Of a stretch of DNA of 64,000 nucleotides, positions 1 through 12,479 are shown piece after piece (position 1 is the stretch's first letter; every line of letters starts with the position of its first letter). A program made the position numbers and the translations under genes. The DNA lies in assembly GCF_006345805.1 (NCBI RefSeq), contig NC_042998.1, positions 78,554,001-78,618,000 of the forward strand, read 5' to 3'. A model generated the notes under the pieces. That model made no database searches and had not been told where the DNA came from. It saw only the letters and a program-made list of their open reading frames with translations. The DNA comes from Octopus sinensis (taxonomy: Eukaryota).

Positions 1-225
1 TTATTGTGATGTCCGTGTTTGTCCCCTATCTACTGCTTGACAACCGATATCGGTTTGTTCATATCTTCATAACTTATCAGATCGGCAAAAAGACAGCGAC
101 AGACTAAGTACCAGACTTAAGAAAGAGAAAAAAGCACTGAAGTGGATTTGTTAGACTAAAACTTTCAAAGGCGGTGTCCCAGCATGGTCGCAGTGCAGTG
201 AGTGGAACGAGTGAAATATAAAGGT
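1..225 (+). mobile_element. SINE family A-related, 3' part (diverged)
   Basis: Contains GCTTGACAACCGAT...AAAGGCGGTGTCCCAGCATGGTCGCAGT, matching the 3' half of the full SINE-A copies at 848-1257 and 47648-48017. Confidence 0.7.
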
Positions 226-240
226 AAGGGGAGAGAGAGA

Positions 241-517
241 CAGATTGAAAGAAAGAGAGGCGGATTGAAAGAAAGAAAGACAGATTGAAAGAAAGAGAGA
301 CAGATTGAAAGAAAGAGAAACAGATTGAAAGAAAGAGAGACAGACTGAAAGAAAGAGAGACAGACTGAAAGAAAGAGAGACTGACTGAAAGAAAGAGAAA
401 CAGATTGAAAGAAAGAGAGGCAGATTGAAAGAAAGAGAGGCAGATTGAAAGAAAGAGAGGCAGATTGAAAGAAAGAGAGGCAGATTGAAAGAGAGACAGG
501 TTGAAAGAAAGAGAGAA
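241..517. repeat. 20-bp minisatellite, about 13-14 units
   Basis: Unit CAGATTGAAAGAAAGAGAG(A/G) recurs every 20 bp from 241 to 481, then degrades. Confidence 0.95.
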
Positions 518-847
518 CGAGAAAAACCAACTCTACTGGTATTTTATTTACTGGCTTTGGAAAGATGAAAGACGGAAACTAAAAGAAGCCCGTCATCTGT
601 GTGTGTGTGTGTGAGACCACGGCTTGACAACAAGTGTTGGTGTGTCTAAGCGGTTCGACAAAACAGACCGACAGAGTAAGTGCCAGGCATTAAAGTAAAA
701 GCTGAACTCGGCGGAATTTGAACTCGGTGCGCAAAGAGCCGGAACGATTAACCAGCTGCAAAGTAATCTAATCTGTGTATGTGTGTGTGTATATGAGTGT
801 GTGTATATGTGTGTGTATATGCAGGTGTATATGTGTGTTTATATGTA

Positions 848-1257
848 CTACTCTTTTACTCTTTTACTTGTTTCAATCATTTGACTGCGGCCATGCTGGA
901 GCACCGCCTTTAGTCGAGCAAATCGACCCCGGGACTTATTCTTTGTAAGCCCAGTACTTATTCTATCGGTCTCTTTTGCCGAACCGCTAAGTGACGGGGA
1001 CATAAACACACCAGTATCGGTTGTCAAGCAATGCTAGGGGGACAGACACAGACACAAACATACACGCGCATATATATATATATATACATATATACGACGG
1101 GCTTCTTTCAGTTTCCGTCTACCAAATCCACTCACAAGGCTTTGGTCGGCCCGAGGCTATAGTAGAAGACACTTGCCCAAGGTGCCACGCAGTGGGACTG
1201 AACCCGGAACCATGTAGTTGGTAAGCAAGCTACTTATCACACAGCCACTCCTGCACC
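848..1257 (-). mobile_element. tRNA-derived SINE family A, full length
   Basis: On the minus strand: head GGTGCAGGAGTGGCTGTGTG (A-box-like), GGTTCAGTCCC (B-box-like), internal (TA)/(TG) tract and GTAAAAGA-repeat tail. Colinear with 47648-48017. Confidence 0.9.
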
Positions 1258-1280
1258 TATGTATGTGTGTATATACGAGT

Positions 1281-1700
1281 GCTTCCCAACCATATGGGTC
1301 CGGGTTCAGTCCCACTGCATGATACCTTGGGTAAATGGCTTCTGCTATAATCTCGAGCCGACTAAAACCTTGTGCAGGGGCGGACCCAAAGTTGGGTGGG
1401 GGCTGAGGGGCACGTGCTCACTTCAAGAAAAGAAGTGCTGCCTTTATAAATAATGCTATTACGCCCTTTTCTCCTGGAATTGTATTCCTTTCTGACCTTG
1501 TGCCCTCTCTTCGAAAAATTCCTGGGACCCCGCCTGTTGTGGGTGGATTTGGTAGACGGAAACTGAAAGAAGCCTGTCGTGTGTGTGTTGTGTGTGTGTG
1601 TGTGTGTGTATGTGCGTGTGTATGTGTGTGTGTGTGCGCGTGTGTGTGTGTGTGTGCGTGTCCCACAGCGGCTTGACAACAAGTGTTGGTGTATCTAAGC
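1281..1700 (+). mobile_element. SINE family A, partial, interrupted by a MITE
   Basis: GGTTCAGTCCCACTGC...CCTTGTG | insert | TTGTGGGTGGATTTGGTAGACGGAAACTGAAAGAAGCC is colinear with intact copies once the insert is removed. Confidence 0.8.
1375..1536. mobile_element. MITE, 162 bp, CAG...CTG termini, 5-bp TSD TTGTG
   Basis: TIRs CAGGGGCGGACCCA / TGGGACCCCGCCTG match at 11 of 14 positions. TTGTG lies at 1370-1374 and 1537-1541; intact SINE copies carry only one TTGTG there. Confidence 0.8.
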
Positions 1701-1701
1701 G

Positions 1702-1898
1702 TAGTTCTCTGGAAGATTCAGCGTGACATAGAATGTGACAAGGCTGGCCCTTTGGAATACAGGTACTATTCATCTTTGCCAGATGAGTGAGCCGGAGCGG
1801 CGTGAAATAAAGTGTCTTGCTCAAGGACACAACGCGTTGCTAGGAACTGAACTCACGATCGTGAACCGAATACCCTAACCACTAAGCCACGCGCCTTC
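1702..1898 (-). mobile_element. tRNA-derived SINE family C
   Basis: Reverse complement starts GAAGGCGCGTGGCTTAGTGGTTAGGG and contains TCCTTGAGCAAGACACTTTATTTCAC, colinear with 44237-44553. Confidence 0.8.
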
Positions 1899-3441
1899 AC
1901 ATGCTTTTAACGCACCAGTATCTCCACACCCAGCCAGCACCAAGAATCGCTTCTACAACCACCCCAAGTACCTACATAGTCCGATTATAGTGGTTGTAAA
2001 TAAGTTTACCTGAAAATGTTGATAAACATATTCGGAACCGCAATTTTAATAGGCGAATAATGTTTGATCTAATTTTGCAAATAACGAGTCTGGGACCCTT
2101 TAATTTTTATAGAAATAACCATTTGATAATGTTATCTACGATTATAATATATGTCTTCTGCGCTGTATGTCGGATGCGAACCTAAAAACAGGTTTTCGCA
2201 ACGTTACCATCATACATATAAGAACCACACTACACACAAACTTATACGCACACACATACATGTATGTCTATTTATATAACCATATGTGTGAGAGTGTGTG
2301 TACATACACATGCACTTGCACATAAATCTCCCGCTTCTCCTCTTTCTTGTCCCTTCTTTTCCCCCTCTCTGTCCCTCTCACACAAGCACAGTCACACACA
2401 AAGTGAAAGATTTACAGACGAACCATTTCGCTGTGTTACATAATGCAAAGCCATACATACATACACTTAAAAAGTAAACACGAGTACACACATCAGCAAG
2501 CTCATACACTGGTGTACAACAAACCTGCGTACGCTCGAACTTGTACACAGTGCACGCAGAGTCCAACGTGCAAATGCGGGTGCGAGATTCTGCATAATCA
2601 TTCCATTTTTCCAGAAATAGCAGCCAAATCTTTCTCACGTCTCACTACACTGTCTTAAAAAAGGAAGAGAAAGTATCAGATAATTTTATTTTGGTTATCG
2701 CTTATCAGACGGGATGGGCACGGGGCTTGAAGTATTTTAATCATAGGTCTGCTCAAAAAACATTAACCTGAGTCTAAACAACACCACTACCACCGCCACC
2801 ACCACCAACCACCACTAGCACAACAACAACACACACACATATACACACAACATGCAAACTTTGCTAATATTGTCAGAAGCAATAAATGCATGATGTAATG
2901 ATAAAGAGGAGAAAGAAGAGGATTAAGGAAACGAGAGAGAGAGAGGGGGGAGAGAAAGTTAGAGATGGAGTGAAAGAGAAGGGAGTTCGTGTGGGTGTGT
3001 CACTGTGCCAATGTATGTGTGTGTGTCATCATATGTGTGTGCGCGCGCGCGCGTGTGTGTGTGTGTGTGTGTATGTGAGGCGTAATGTATGCGAAGAGAG
3101 AGGAAAATATAAGTGAGACGTGGTGAGAGAAGGAAAGAAGGGAGGCGTGTATGTACAAGGTGAACGACCTAGGAGAAAATAACCAGACAGTGAGAGGGAG
3201 GAGGACAGACATCGAGAGAAAGACACAATGGATAAAGAGAGAGAGAAGGAGGAGGAGCAGTGGAGAGATGAGACCTAAGTGAAAAAGCTGAGTTGGGAGA
3301 GAGAGAGACAGAGAGAGAGAGGGGGACAGAGAGAGAAAGAGAAAAGAAATATATATGCCTTGAGTGAAGGAAGTGTATGTGTACGAAGAAAAGGTACGAC
3401 GGAGGGGGAAGTGACAGGGAAGAATGTAATTTAAGAGAGGA

Positions 3442-3492
<51 letters not shown>

Positions 3493-3798
3493 TGAAAAAA
3501 GAGAGACTGAGTGAGTGTCGAAGGGAGAGAATCACTTACATTTTTGAGAGTTATGTAACATGTGGTGGAATGACAGACTGAAAAATATTGTGTATCTAAG
3601 AGACTGACATCAGAGAGAAATGGCTCGAGGAGAAACTTGAGATTGCTCGAGAGGGGACACAAGATAGAGCGGGGGGGGGGCGGTATTTGAGCAAATGAGC
3701 GGAAGAAAGGGAGGTTAGTGTATAAGGGTTTGAAATAAAATGACAATTTATCTTATCCTCTAATGTTTTAAAGTAGCTCTCGTAGCCAGTCTCCCTTC

Positions 3799-3838
<40 letters not shown>

Positions 3839-3844
3839 TCACCC

Positions 3845-3891
<47 letters not shown>

Positions 3892-3963
3892 ATTAAATCT
3901 CTTCTCTCTCTCTCTCTCCCTCTTCCTCTCTCTAACTCTCTCTGTTTACGCGCATACATACGC

Positions 3964-4021
<58 letters not shown>

Positions 4022-4142
4022 ATATAATATATACATATATCTAGCTAGCTATCTTTATATATAAACATAAACATACACAGGATGGATTAATTAGATAGAT
4101 GATAGACATTAATTAACAGAGATACATAGCTCTCTCTCTTCA

Positions 4143-4211
<69 letters not shown>

Positions 4212-4301
4212 CAACAATTGAGGGTAAAATTAATTAATTAATCAATTTCACCAAGTGTTCAGTATGCAAAGGGACCATTTAAGGCGAATTCAAATTATTA
4301 C

Positions 4302-4649
4302 ATTATATAAAGGGCTAGTAAAATATAATTACTTTGCGCATACTGAACTCATTAGAAATAGCAGCTAAAAACATTTATAAAACTATTTCTAATACTTAAA
4401 GAAAACCTCTCTCATATAGTGTTTGCTCAATTCAACTCACGGAAGTTCCGTGAGTTGAATTGAGCAAACACTATATGAGAGAGGTTTTCTTTAAGTATTA
4501 GAAATAGTTTTATAAATGTCCGTGAGTTGAATTGAGCAAACACTATATGAGAGGTTTTCTTTAAGTATTAGAAATAGTTTTTAAATTTTTTTAGCTGCTA
4601 TTTCTAATGAGTTCATATGCGGCAAAGTATTTATTTTACAAGCCCTTTT

Positions 4650-4656
<7 letters not shown>
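4302..4656. repeat. Long inverted repeat with a perfect 74-bp-arm inner palindrome and a duplicated arm
   Basis: 4371-4444 is the exact reverse complement of 4446-4519 (1-nt spacer). 4520-4656 repeats the right arm and extends to pair imperfectly with 4302-4370. Confidence 0.95.
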
Positions 4657-4764
<108 letters not shown>

Positions 4765-5377
4765 GTATACATAAATTGCTGAGATACTTTGGCTTCTTAA
4801 ATAAATTTTCACAAAAATGAATTTTCACACACAGACACAGACACACACACGTATGAAATAAGAGAGTGGGGGTGCATAATTATTTTGGTTTTAGAAATTC
4901 ACTCCACACCACCTACGTGGTTTCGGGTTCGTTCTCACACTGCACAAACTTCAGAAAGTATCTTCTACCAAAGCCACCCCCAACCACCCGACTAATACCA
5001 TGACAATTTGGTAGACGCAAAACTACGTGGAAGACCGTCGCACACACACACACACACACACATACACACACATACATACATGACTGGGAATCGAAACTGT
5101 GTCACCGAGAATGTGTTCCCTCCGCTCGTGTAATTTTCTGTTCCTAGTCATAACAATTTCGCTTCAGGCAACGAGGTAAATGGCGTAAGAAAATACGTTA
5201 AAGTCACAACAGGCCTATCTCCTTCCTCTTTTTTTTACTCCACCAAATGCAATTGATGAATACATCGCACGTTGATGGATATCTTTGGTCCCGACAGGTC
5301 AAACAACTGACAGTACATATTGCACGGGTGCGTGGGATAAACATTTACATTTATCCAATTTTCGCACGAGTACAGCT

Positions 5378-5409
5378 CACACACACGCACGCACACACAC
5401 ACACACACA

Positions 5410-5456
<47 letters not shown>

Positions 5457-5518
5457 ACACACACACACACACACACGCACAAACACACGCACACACACAC
5501 GCGCACGCACTCACACAC
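5378..5518. repeat. (CA)n microsatellite
   Basis: Direct reading; explains the HT/VC-rich ORFs at 5235-5659. Confidence 0.95.
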
Positions 5519-5864
5519 ATGAATGGTATGTGTGTTTAATTGTGCGAATGTGCATGTGTGTGAATTGCTTAGGAGCAACAGTTGACATACGGGGAAAAAA
5601 CAGAGAGAGAGAGAGAGAGGGTGAGAGAGAGAGAGAGAACAAGTGTCGAAGGTATGCAAAAAATTAAAGAGTGGTAACAGACATTATTGTCACGAACATA
5701 GCTGGAGTGAATCCTCAGACCCAGTTTTCGGTGACCGAACAACTCCAATAATAAATAGTAAAATAACGACATATAACTATATATAACGTCAGCAATGCTG
5801 AGTTCTAACTTAGATGCATACATAGACTTTACTACTTCGCTAATAATTATTTCATCGATCACGG

Positions 5865-6075
5865 TAGGATGAACGGCTCAGTCAACCATAACGAGATTTG
5901 AACTGTGAACGCATTGCCACCTAATCGTTTCTTATATAGACATAACAATCTGAAGGAGGGATTAGACGATTTACATCGACTCTAGTACTTGACTGGTACT
6001 TCATTTTATCGATTCTGGGATGGGGGATGGGAGGTAAAGTTAGCCTTTGGAGGGATTTGAACTCAGAACATGAGG
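5865..6075 (-). mobile_element. SINE family B, diverged
   Basis: GACTGGTACTTCATTTTATCGA...GGATTTGAACTCAGAAC is the reverse complement of the family B body at 29734-29914. Confidence 0.6.
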
Positions 6076-6291
6076 GCTCGATAAGAATATTTAACATTTG
6101 TGAGAAAGAGAAAAAAGTCATAAGTGTGCGCATTGTTGGCAGGCAAGAGTATTTATATATAATCAATAAAATAGACCCTGAGGCTTGACTGGTACTTGTT
6201 TTATCGACTCAAGTACAATGTCAAGAACATTCCACCCCACTGGATCTAAATGATAAAAAACAATAACATTAATACACGCACTCTTTCTCTC

Positions 6292-6322
<31 letters not shown>

Positions 6323-6593
6323 TATATATATATATATACACACACATACAACTATCACTCAATAAGATAACAACATACGCTGACATAAAACTACAACACG
6401 GCAGGCATCCTCAGTATATCTCGAGAGAACGCTAATCAACATTTCAGAAGTTCCCATCCACAGAAACCAGCAGTTGCACATGCATGCAAGTCTTCTTTCT
6501 CTGCATCATCCATTATAAGCGCTACAGCAAGGACCGATGCCGCTTGACATCAGAATCTTTGCAGGCGTTGCTGTCAGAACCACAACAGAGATG

Positions 6594-6702
6594 CTGCAAG
6601 GTATCCCGTCCGAAGCTTTATGAAATGGTACCCGATTCTACAGCACCTGCAAGGTATCCCGTCCGAAGCTTTATGAAATGGTACCCGATTCTATAGTACC
6701 TG
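6594..6702. repeat. 53-bp tandem duplication (2 copies)
   Basis: CTGCAAGGTATCCCGTCCGAAGCTTTATGAAATGGTACCCGATTCTA starts at 6594 and again at 6647. Confidence 0.95.
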
Positions 6703-7792
6703 AAATCCATGCAACTCACATTCTACACAGCTGCTTCCCACTCGGAGCATGTAATCGACACAATAACTTGAAAGCGTTACTCGTACGAAACGCAAGCGCC
6801 ACGCTATAAAACAATACAATTCTTATTGTCTATACTCTTCACATCACTAAAATAACACCGGAAATAACAAACTAAAACTCCAACAAAACGAAACCGATGT
6901 AATATGCAAGCACATTTACATATCAAAAATAAAAAGAGAGAGAAAATGCTGTCACATATTCTTAGGAGCACAGTTTCTGGTAGATTCAGTAGTGTAGCAG
7001 ATACGCGCATTAAACTATAGAAAATATGTTGTTAAATAGTAAAAGTTTCAATGAAAATGAATTCTTTATTCGTGAGAAAGTCTATAAGATTACAGGCAAC
7101 AGGAATACGAAACAATTACGACTAGTGATTTCCATCATGTGATACAAACAAAAACGTGTGGCGTATGTGTTTGTATGTATGTATGTACACGTGTGTGCGT
7201 GTGTGCATACGTAATTCCCAAACTGTCTGAGCGAATAGTTTGTTGTCTTATCGTCCGTTGATAGCTCGGATAGCGCGAGTATGAAACTCTGAATAACGAT
7301 GTTCTACCCCCCCTCTCTCCTCCACCCGTACACACATACGGTTAGACAAGTGTTATATACAGCGTTTTAACGCTCGAGTAACAACCGTGCCTTTACACAT
7401 TCATAAATAGATCTTCCGAGTAACCAATGAGAGCTTACAGCTTTTATTTATATGGAATCCTAGAGCCCGAGTAACTGCTGAGTGTTTACAACTCCATAAA
7501 TTCTTCTCATAGCGCACTGAGTACTCATTTTCCTAATCTTATCCATATATAGTGATTGAAATGGCTTTTATAATCTAGTGGTTTCCCAAGGTCTGTGAGG
7601 TGGCGGGTTAGGAAGGTGGGAGGAATAGACACTACAAGCTCCCACCCTAATTTTAAGCAGGGGAACGTCATTCCGATATATGTATATATATATATTTAAT
7701 CAATATAGCGTGGCAAAAAATTTTGTAGAATTTTTTGCCACCAGCGGCTTAGTGGGAACAAATTAAATAGTCATATACCATTTTTAAGTTCA

Positions 7793-7883
7793 ACATCACA
7801 ATCAAGGAACGACCATAAAGGCCATTTGGCTGTTATTTCTAGTGGGTGAATGGCCTATTATGGCCGTTCCTTGATTGTGATGT
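7793..7883. repeat. Inverted repeat (33/34-bp arms, 22-nt loop)
   Basis: CATCACAATCAAGGAACGACCATAAAGGCCATT (7794-7826) pairs with AATGGCCTATTATGGCCGTTCCTTGATTGTGATG (7849-7882), with one mismatch and one bulge. Confidence 0.9.
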
Positions 7884-8051
7884 ATATAATATATATATAT
7901 ATATATATATACTCTTGCTTTACTCTTTTACTTGTTTCAGTCATTTGACTGCGGCCATGCTAGAGCACCGCCTTTAATCGAGCAAATCGAGCTCACACAC
8001 ATGCACATTCGCACAATTAAACACACATACCATTCATGTGAGCAATCGAAG

Positions 8052-8096
<45 letters not shown>

Positions 8097-8128
8097 TTAT
8101 AAATATATCTTTTAACTTTTACTTCTTT

Positions 8129-8228
8129 NNNNNNNNNNNNNNNNNNNNNNNNNNNNNNNNNNNNNNNNNNNNNNNNNNNNNNNNNNNNNNNNNNNNNNNN
8201 NNNNNNNNNNNNNNNNNNNNNNNNNNNN
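8129..8228. other. Assembly gap (100 N)
   Basis: Run of exactly 100 N, typical of a scaffold gap of unknown size. Confidence 0.99.
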
Positions 8229-8441
8229 AATATACTTGTATATATGGTGTTTATGCATACATATATAAATATAATATATGGCATATCTCTATTCGTTTAC
8301 ATATATATATATATCTATACACTGATATATACATACTATATTTTATATATTTATATTATATTATATATATATATATATAATATATATAATATGCTACGGT
8401 GGTGGGAACATGTCTCTACGAGATATTTAGAAATCTAGTAT

Positions 8442-8482
<41 letters not shown>

Positions 8483-9133
8483 AAAATATATAGTATGTAT
8501 ATGTATGAGTGTATGTACACATGTATATATATATATAGACATATATATATATATATACTTATATATATATATACAGATATATGTATGAGTGTATGTACAA
8601 ATATATACGTGTGTGTGTATACATACAGATACATGTGCTTATACAAATATGCATATATATATTATATATACGCGCGCAACCATATGTATGGAAAGAGAGA
8701 GAGAGAGAGAAGTTGCAAGACTTAAAATTGAAATAGAGAGGGTTTAGAGTATACTGAGAAAAAAGAGAGAGAGAAAGAGAAAGAAAGAGAGAGAGAGAGA
8801 AAGTGATTGAGAGAGAGAGAAGAAATATAAAGACAACATAGAGAGGGTGGTGTACAGTGACTGATTTAAAACTAAAGATGAAAACCAGAGAGACAGAGAG
8901 AGAAGGGAATGAGAGACAGAGAAAGAGATAAATAGACTGAAAAGCTAAGAGAGAAAACAAGAACGAATTTAAAGGTAACATCGACTGAGGGAGAGAGAGA
9001 AAGAGAGCGAGAGGGCGTTGTAGAGATAATGTGATATTAAGAGGAAAAGGAAGTGAGAGCAGGAAAGTGAGAAAGACTGAGTGGGGGAAAGACGAAGTAA
9101 CGGTAGCAGAGTAAAAGTAAAAAGCATAGAGGA

Positions 9134-9183
<50 letters not shown>

Positions 9184-10703
9184 ATAAAAAGTGAAAGACA
9201 GAGCGGGGGGAAGTGGTATGACTTTCCTCCCCTTCTCATGATTACAGCAATCCTTACACTGTTACGCTTCACCGTTCAACACCGGGCCTCATCCACCACC
9301 ACCACCATCACTACGACGGCTGCCGTCGTCGTCATAACAAGTCGCACCACTACGACTGCTACTGCTGTTACACCATTTTACTATTACTACTACTACGACG
9401 ACGACGTCGACCAACGTAACTCCTACTACCTCCAGCACCATTATCCTCCACAGCACCACCACCACCACTATTACCCACAAACACTATTACAAGTGCTTCA
9501 CTCCCCCTCTCTCATTCTATCATTCAGTCTCTCAATGCTTTTACTGAGCAGTTTTTTTTCTACTATTACACCCTTCTCTCTCTCTCACACGTTTCTTTCT
9601 CTCTATTTCTCTCTGTCTATCACTCGGCAACTCTCTCGTTTATTTTGCTTTTCTCTTTCTCTCGTTCAACTTCACGTTTGTTATGGTCTGAGAAAAATAT
9701 ATAACACACAGAATTACGCAAACACATACTATATAACTATAAACACACACACATATACACACCAACTCGCTATAAGGACGTGCATACTCACGCTTGTATA
9801 CACACAAATATTTAGACACATACATAACCCGTACATATATGCGAGTACATACATACCGTACATACATAATATAGGTCTATACCCTGTATTGGTATATAGT
9901 CACCATACCGACTGCATTCTCAGCATCAAAACGGATTTATTATATGGAATAAGTCAGGTAAGGAAACCATCACCACCCTTTTTTCATTTCTCCTTGCTTT
10001 CTTCTTTAATTCCTTAATTGTTATCGTTATCATTATTTAAAAGAAACATTATTATTATTATTATAATTATTCTCCCCAATGCCTTAGTAGTCTGGGACTT
10101 TCTGTCTTGTGTTTGACTTCGTTTACATTGTAAAAGAAGTTTCACCCATGTTCTTTGCTTCATCATACATACACCCGTCCTTACATGAAGGCATCACAAA
10201 TCGCTGACTCTATACATGTAATGTGTATGCATATGTTTGTGTGTGTATTTACAACTTTAATCCTGTCTTATTCAATATTTATATATATATTTAGTGCATA
10301 GTAGCTTTGTTGTTCTCAACATTCATTTTATGCCATCGGGGAACATTAGCAAACCAACAAACGAATAACTAAATTAATATACAAATTTACAGGCTTGCCT
10401 GATTGTCGGAATGTTTTTGCACACACACACACACACACACACAAACATGTACACATGGGTGTGTGTATGTAGCTTGCATTTTACATGTGTACTATACATG
10501 TGTGTAAATTAGAAAACAGATCTAAATGAACCATAAACGCACATGCTTGGGAGTGTTACTATATATATGTATGTATGAATGTATGTATGAATGTATGTAT
10601 GTATGTATATGTATGCATATATATTGCTCACACTTTAACACGTGTGTATTGAGATTGCAAGCATACACATGGCTCGAGTACGTGTAAAAAAGGTTGAGAC
10701 ACA

Positions 10704-10748
<45 letters not shown>

Positions 10749-12479
10749 GTATGTATGTAGAGCCTGCTTGCTTTCGCCGACCATCAGTTAACACATGCAT
10801 TGCCTAATATGTGTACACCGAAATAGCTTAGTTATGTCTGTGCCTACAGATGTCTATCTGTCTCTTTTTCTCTCCGTTTATTCATCTATCTTACACTTTT
10901 GTGTACCCATTTAGATATCTTCCTACTAATCTAATTCTGTGTGTGTGTGTATTTATATACATACATATATAAATATATGTACATACATACATACACAAAC
11001 ACGCACACACATTGCTATATCCGGGGTTTGTCTATGCATCTATCTGTCTGCTTTTCTGTTTATTTTACTATCTATCGATCCAAATATTTATCAATCTACT
11101 TACTACCTAGCTACCTATCTTCGTACCTACTTACATATTTGTCGGTTTGTGTATTTGTCTGTTTATTTATCGGTCTTCCTGTCTGACTGTCTAAAACCGT
11201 CTTCTCATATAGATATATTTATTTTTACTTACATGATCCAAACGCCTTTATAGTCACGCATTCATTACACCCTGGAATCCACTATAATATCGCTAGACCT
11301 GCTAGAACAAACAGCCAAATCTTCTTTCAAATCGTAACCCTACTGTTTTAGTTACAACTCCCAAGACCGACTGGGTTCCGGCTGTATGTATCTATTTTCG
11401 GTCATAGTTCTCCCCAAACTGAGTGACCTTGCGCGAAACAATAATAACAGTCTGAATAAATAACTTTATTTTGCCAAAAGGGCCGACAAAATAGAACATT
11501 ATATTCAGAATAATAATGAATAAATCAATAGAAAAAAAAGCTAAAATAAATTGGGACACAAAACTGTATTTCTCCTCAAGGTCTCTTGCTTCATCCCTTC
11601 GAAGTCAATATAGTTGGTACCAGTCATATACCAGGAGTCGATTCAGTTGATTTTTCTATCCTTTATAAATGTGTGGCCTTGAGCTAAATGTAGATACTAC
11701 TACTACTACTTGGAATAACAGAACCCGTGGGTCAATGAACTGAAAATCTTGCAGTATTTAGTTCCCTTTACATTTTATGTTCAAATCCCGCCAAAGACGA
11801 CTTTGCTTTTCAAGCTACCGAAATCGATAAAATAAAGCAGCAGTCAAATACTATTGTCGATTTTATCGACTATACCCTCAAAAGAAACTATTCATACTGG
11901 GAACGTTTTCCAACATGGCTTTCATCCCTCCAGGGGCGATAGAAAGAATTCAAAAGAATTCACACCCAGGTGCTGTTTTCATCGACTATGTTTCCTCTCC
12001 CCAAATATCTGCTTGTTATCCCTGTATTAGAAATCATTATTGTTATGTATTATTGCAAAGTTAGAAATCAATACTTGTTGAAGTTAGAAACCATCATCAT
12101 TATCATAGCCAACTAATTGCCATCGTAACTATTCCAGCAGATGCTGATTTTATTTCCACCAGCATCGTCTCCTCCTCCCACACTTATTATATAAGCTAGT
12201 CTGGATCTCTTAGACAAACACACGCACGTTGACAGACTAAGGCTCAGACACAAACATAAAGATATATATACACGTGTGTATGAGATGGAGAGGGAAGTAG
12301 ACAAAAATAAAATGACATTACTCTGAGTTCTCTGTGCTTTTTGCCAAATTATGAAATAATTTATTGAAAAGAAAAACATGCGATTGCGTATGGTCTTACG
12401 AACACAGCTACATGCAAACAGACAAATTGCACAGACAGAATACGATCCTCGCTTGTTCATTCACATTGATAATGACCAT

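Noticed and set aside
165-530. 121-aa ORF
   Set aside because: Antisense translation of the 20-bp minisatellite.
3000-3746. 248-aa ORF
   Set aside because: Translation of (CT)n/(CA)n-rich low-complexity DNA, with no domain-like content.
6765-6800. TTGAAAGCGTTACTCGTACGAAACGC as a hammerhead
   Set aside because: The CUGANGA core is absent.
9924-9957. Possible plus-strand micro-exon (CTCAG|...TCAG|GTAAGG)
   Set aside because: Good donor but weak pyrimidine tract, unrecognisable peptide and no partner exon found.
8559-10017. 237-aa and 292-aa ORFs
   Set aside because: Built from (GA)n, (ACC)n and (ACT)n repeats; the poly-T/Y/H/S-L runs are microsatellite artefacts.
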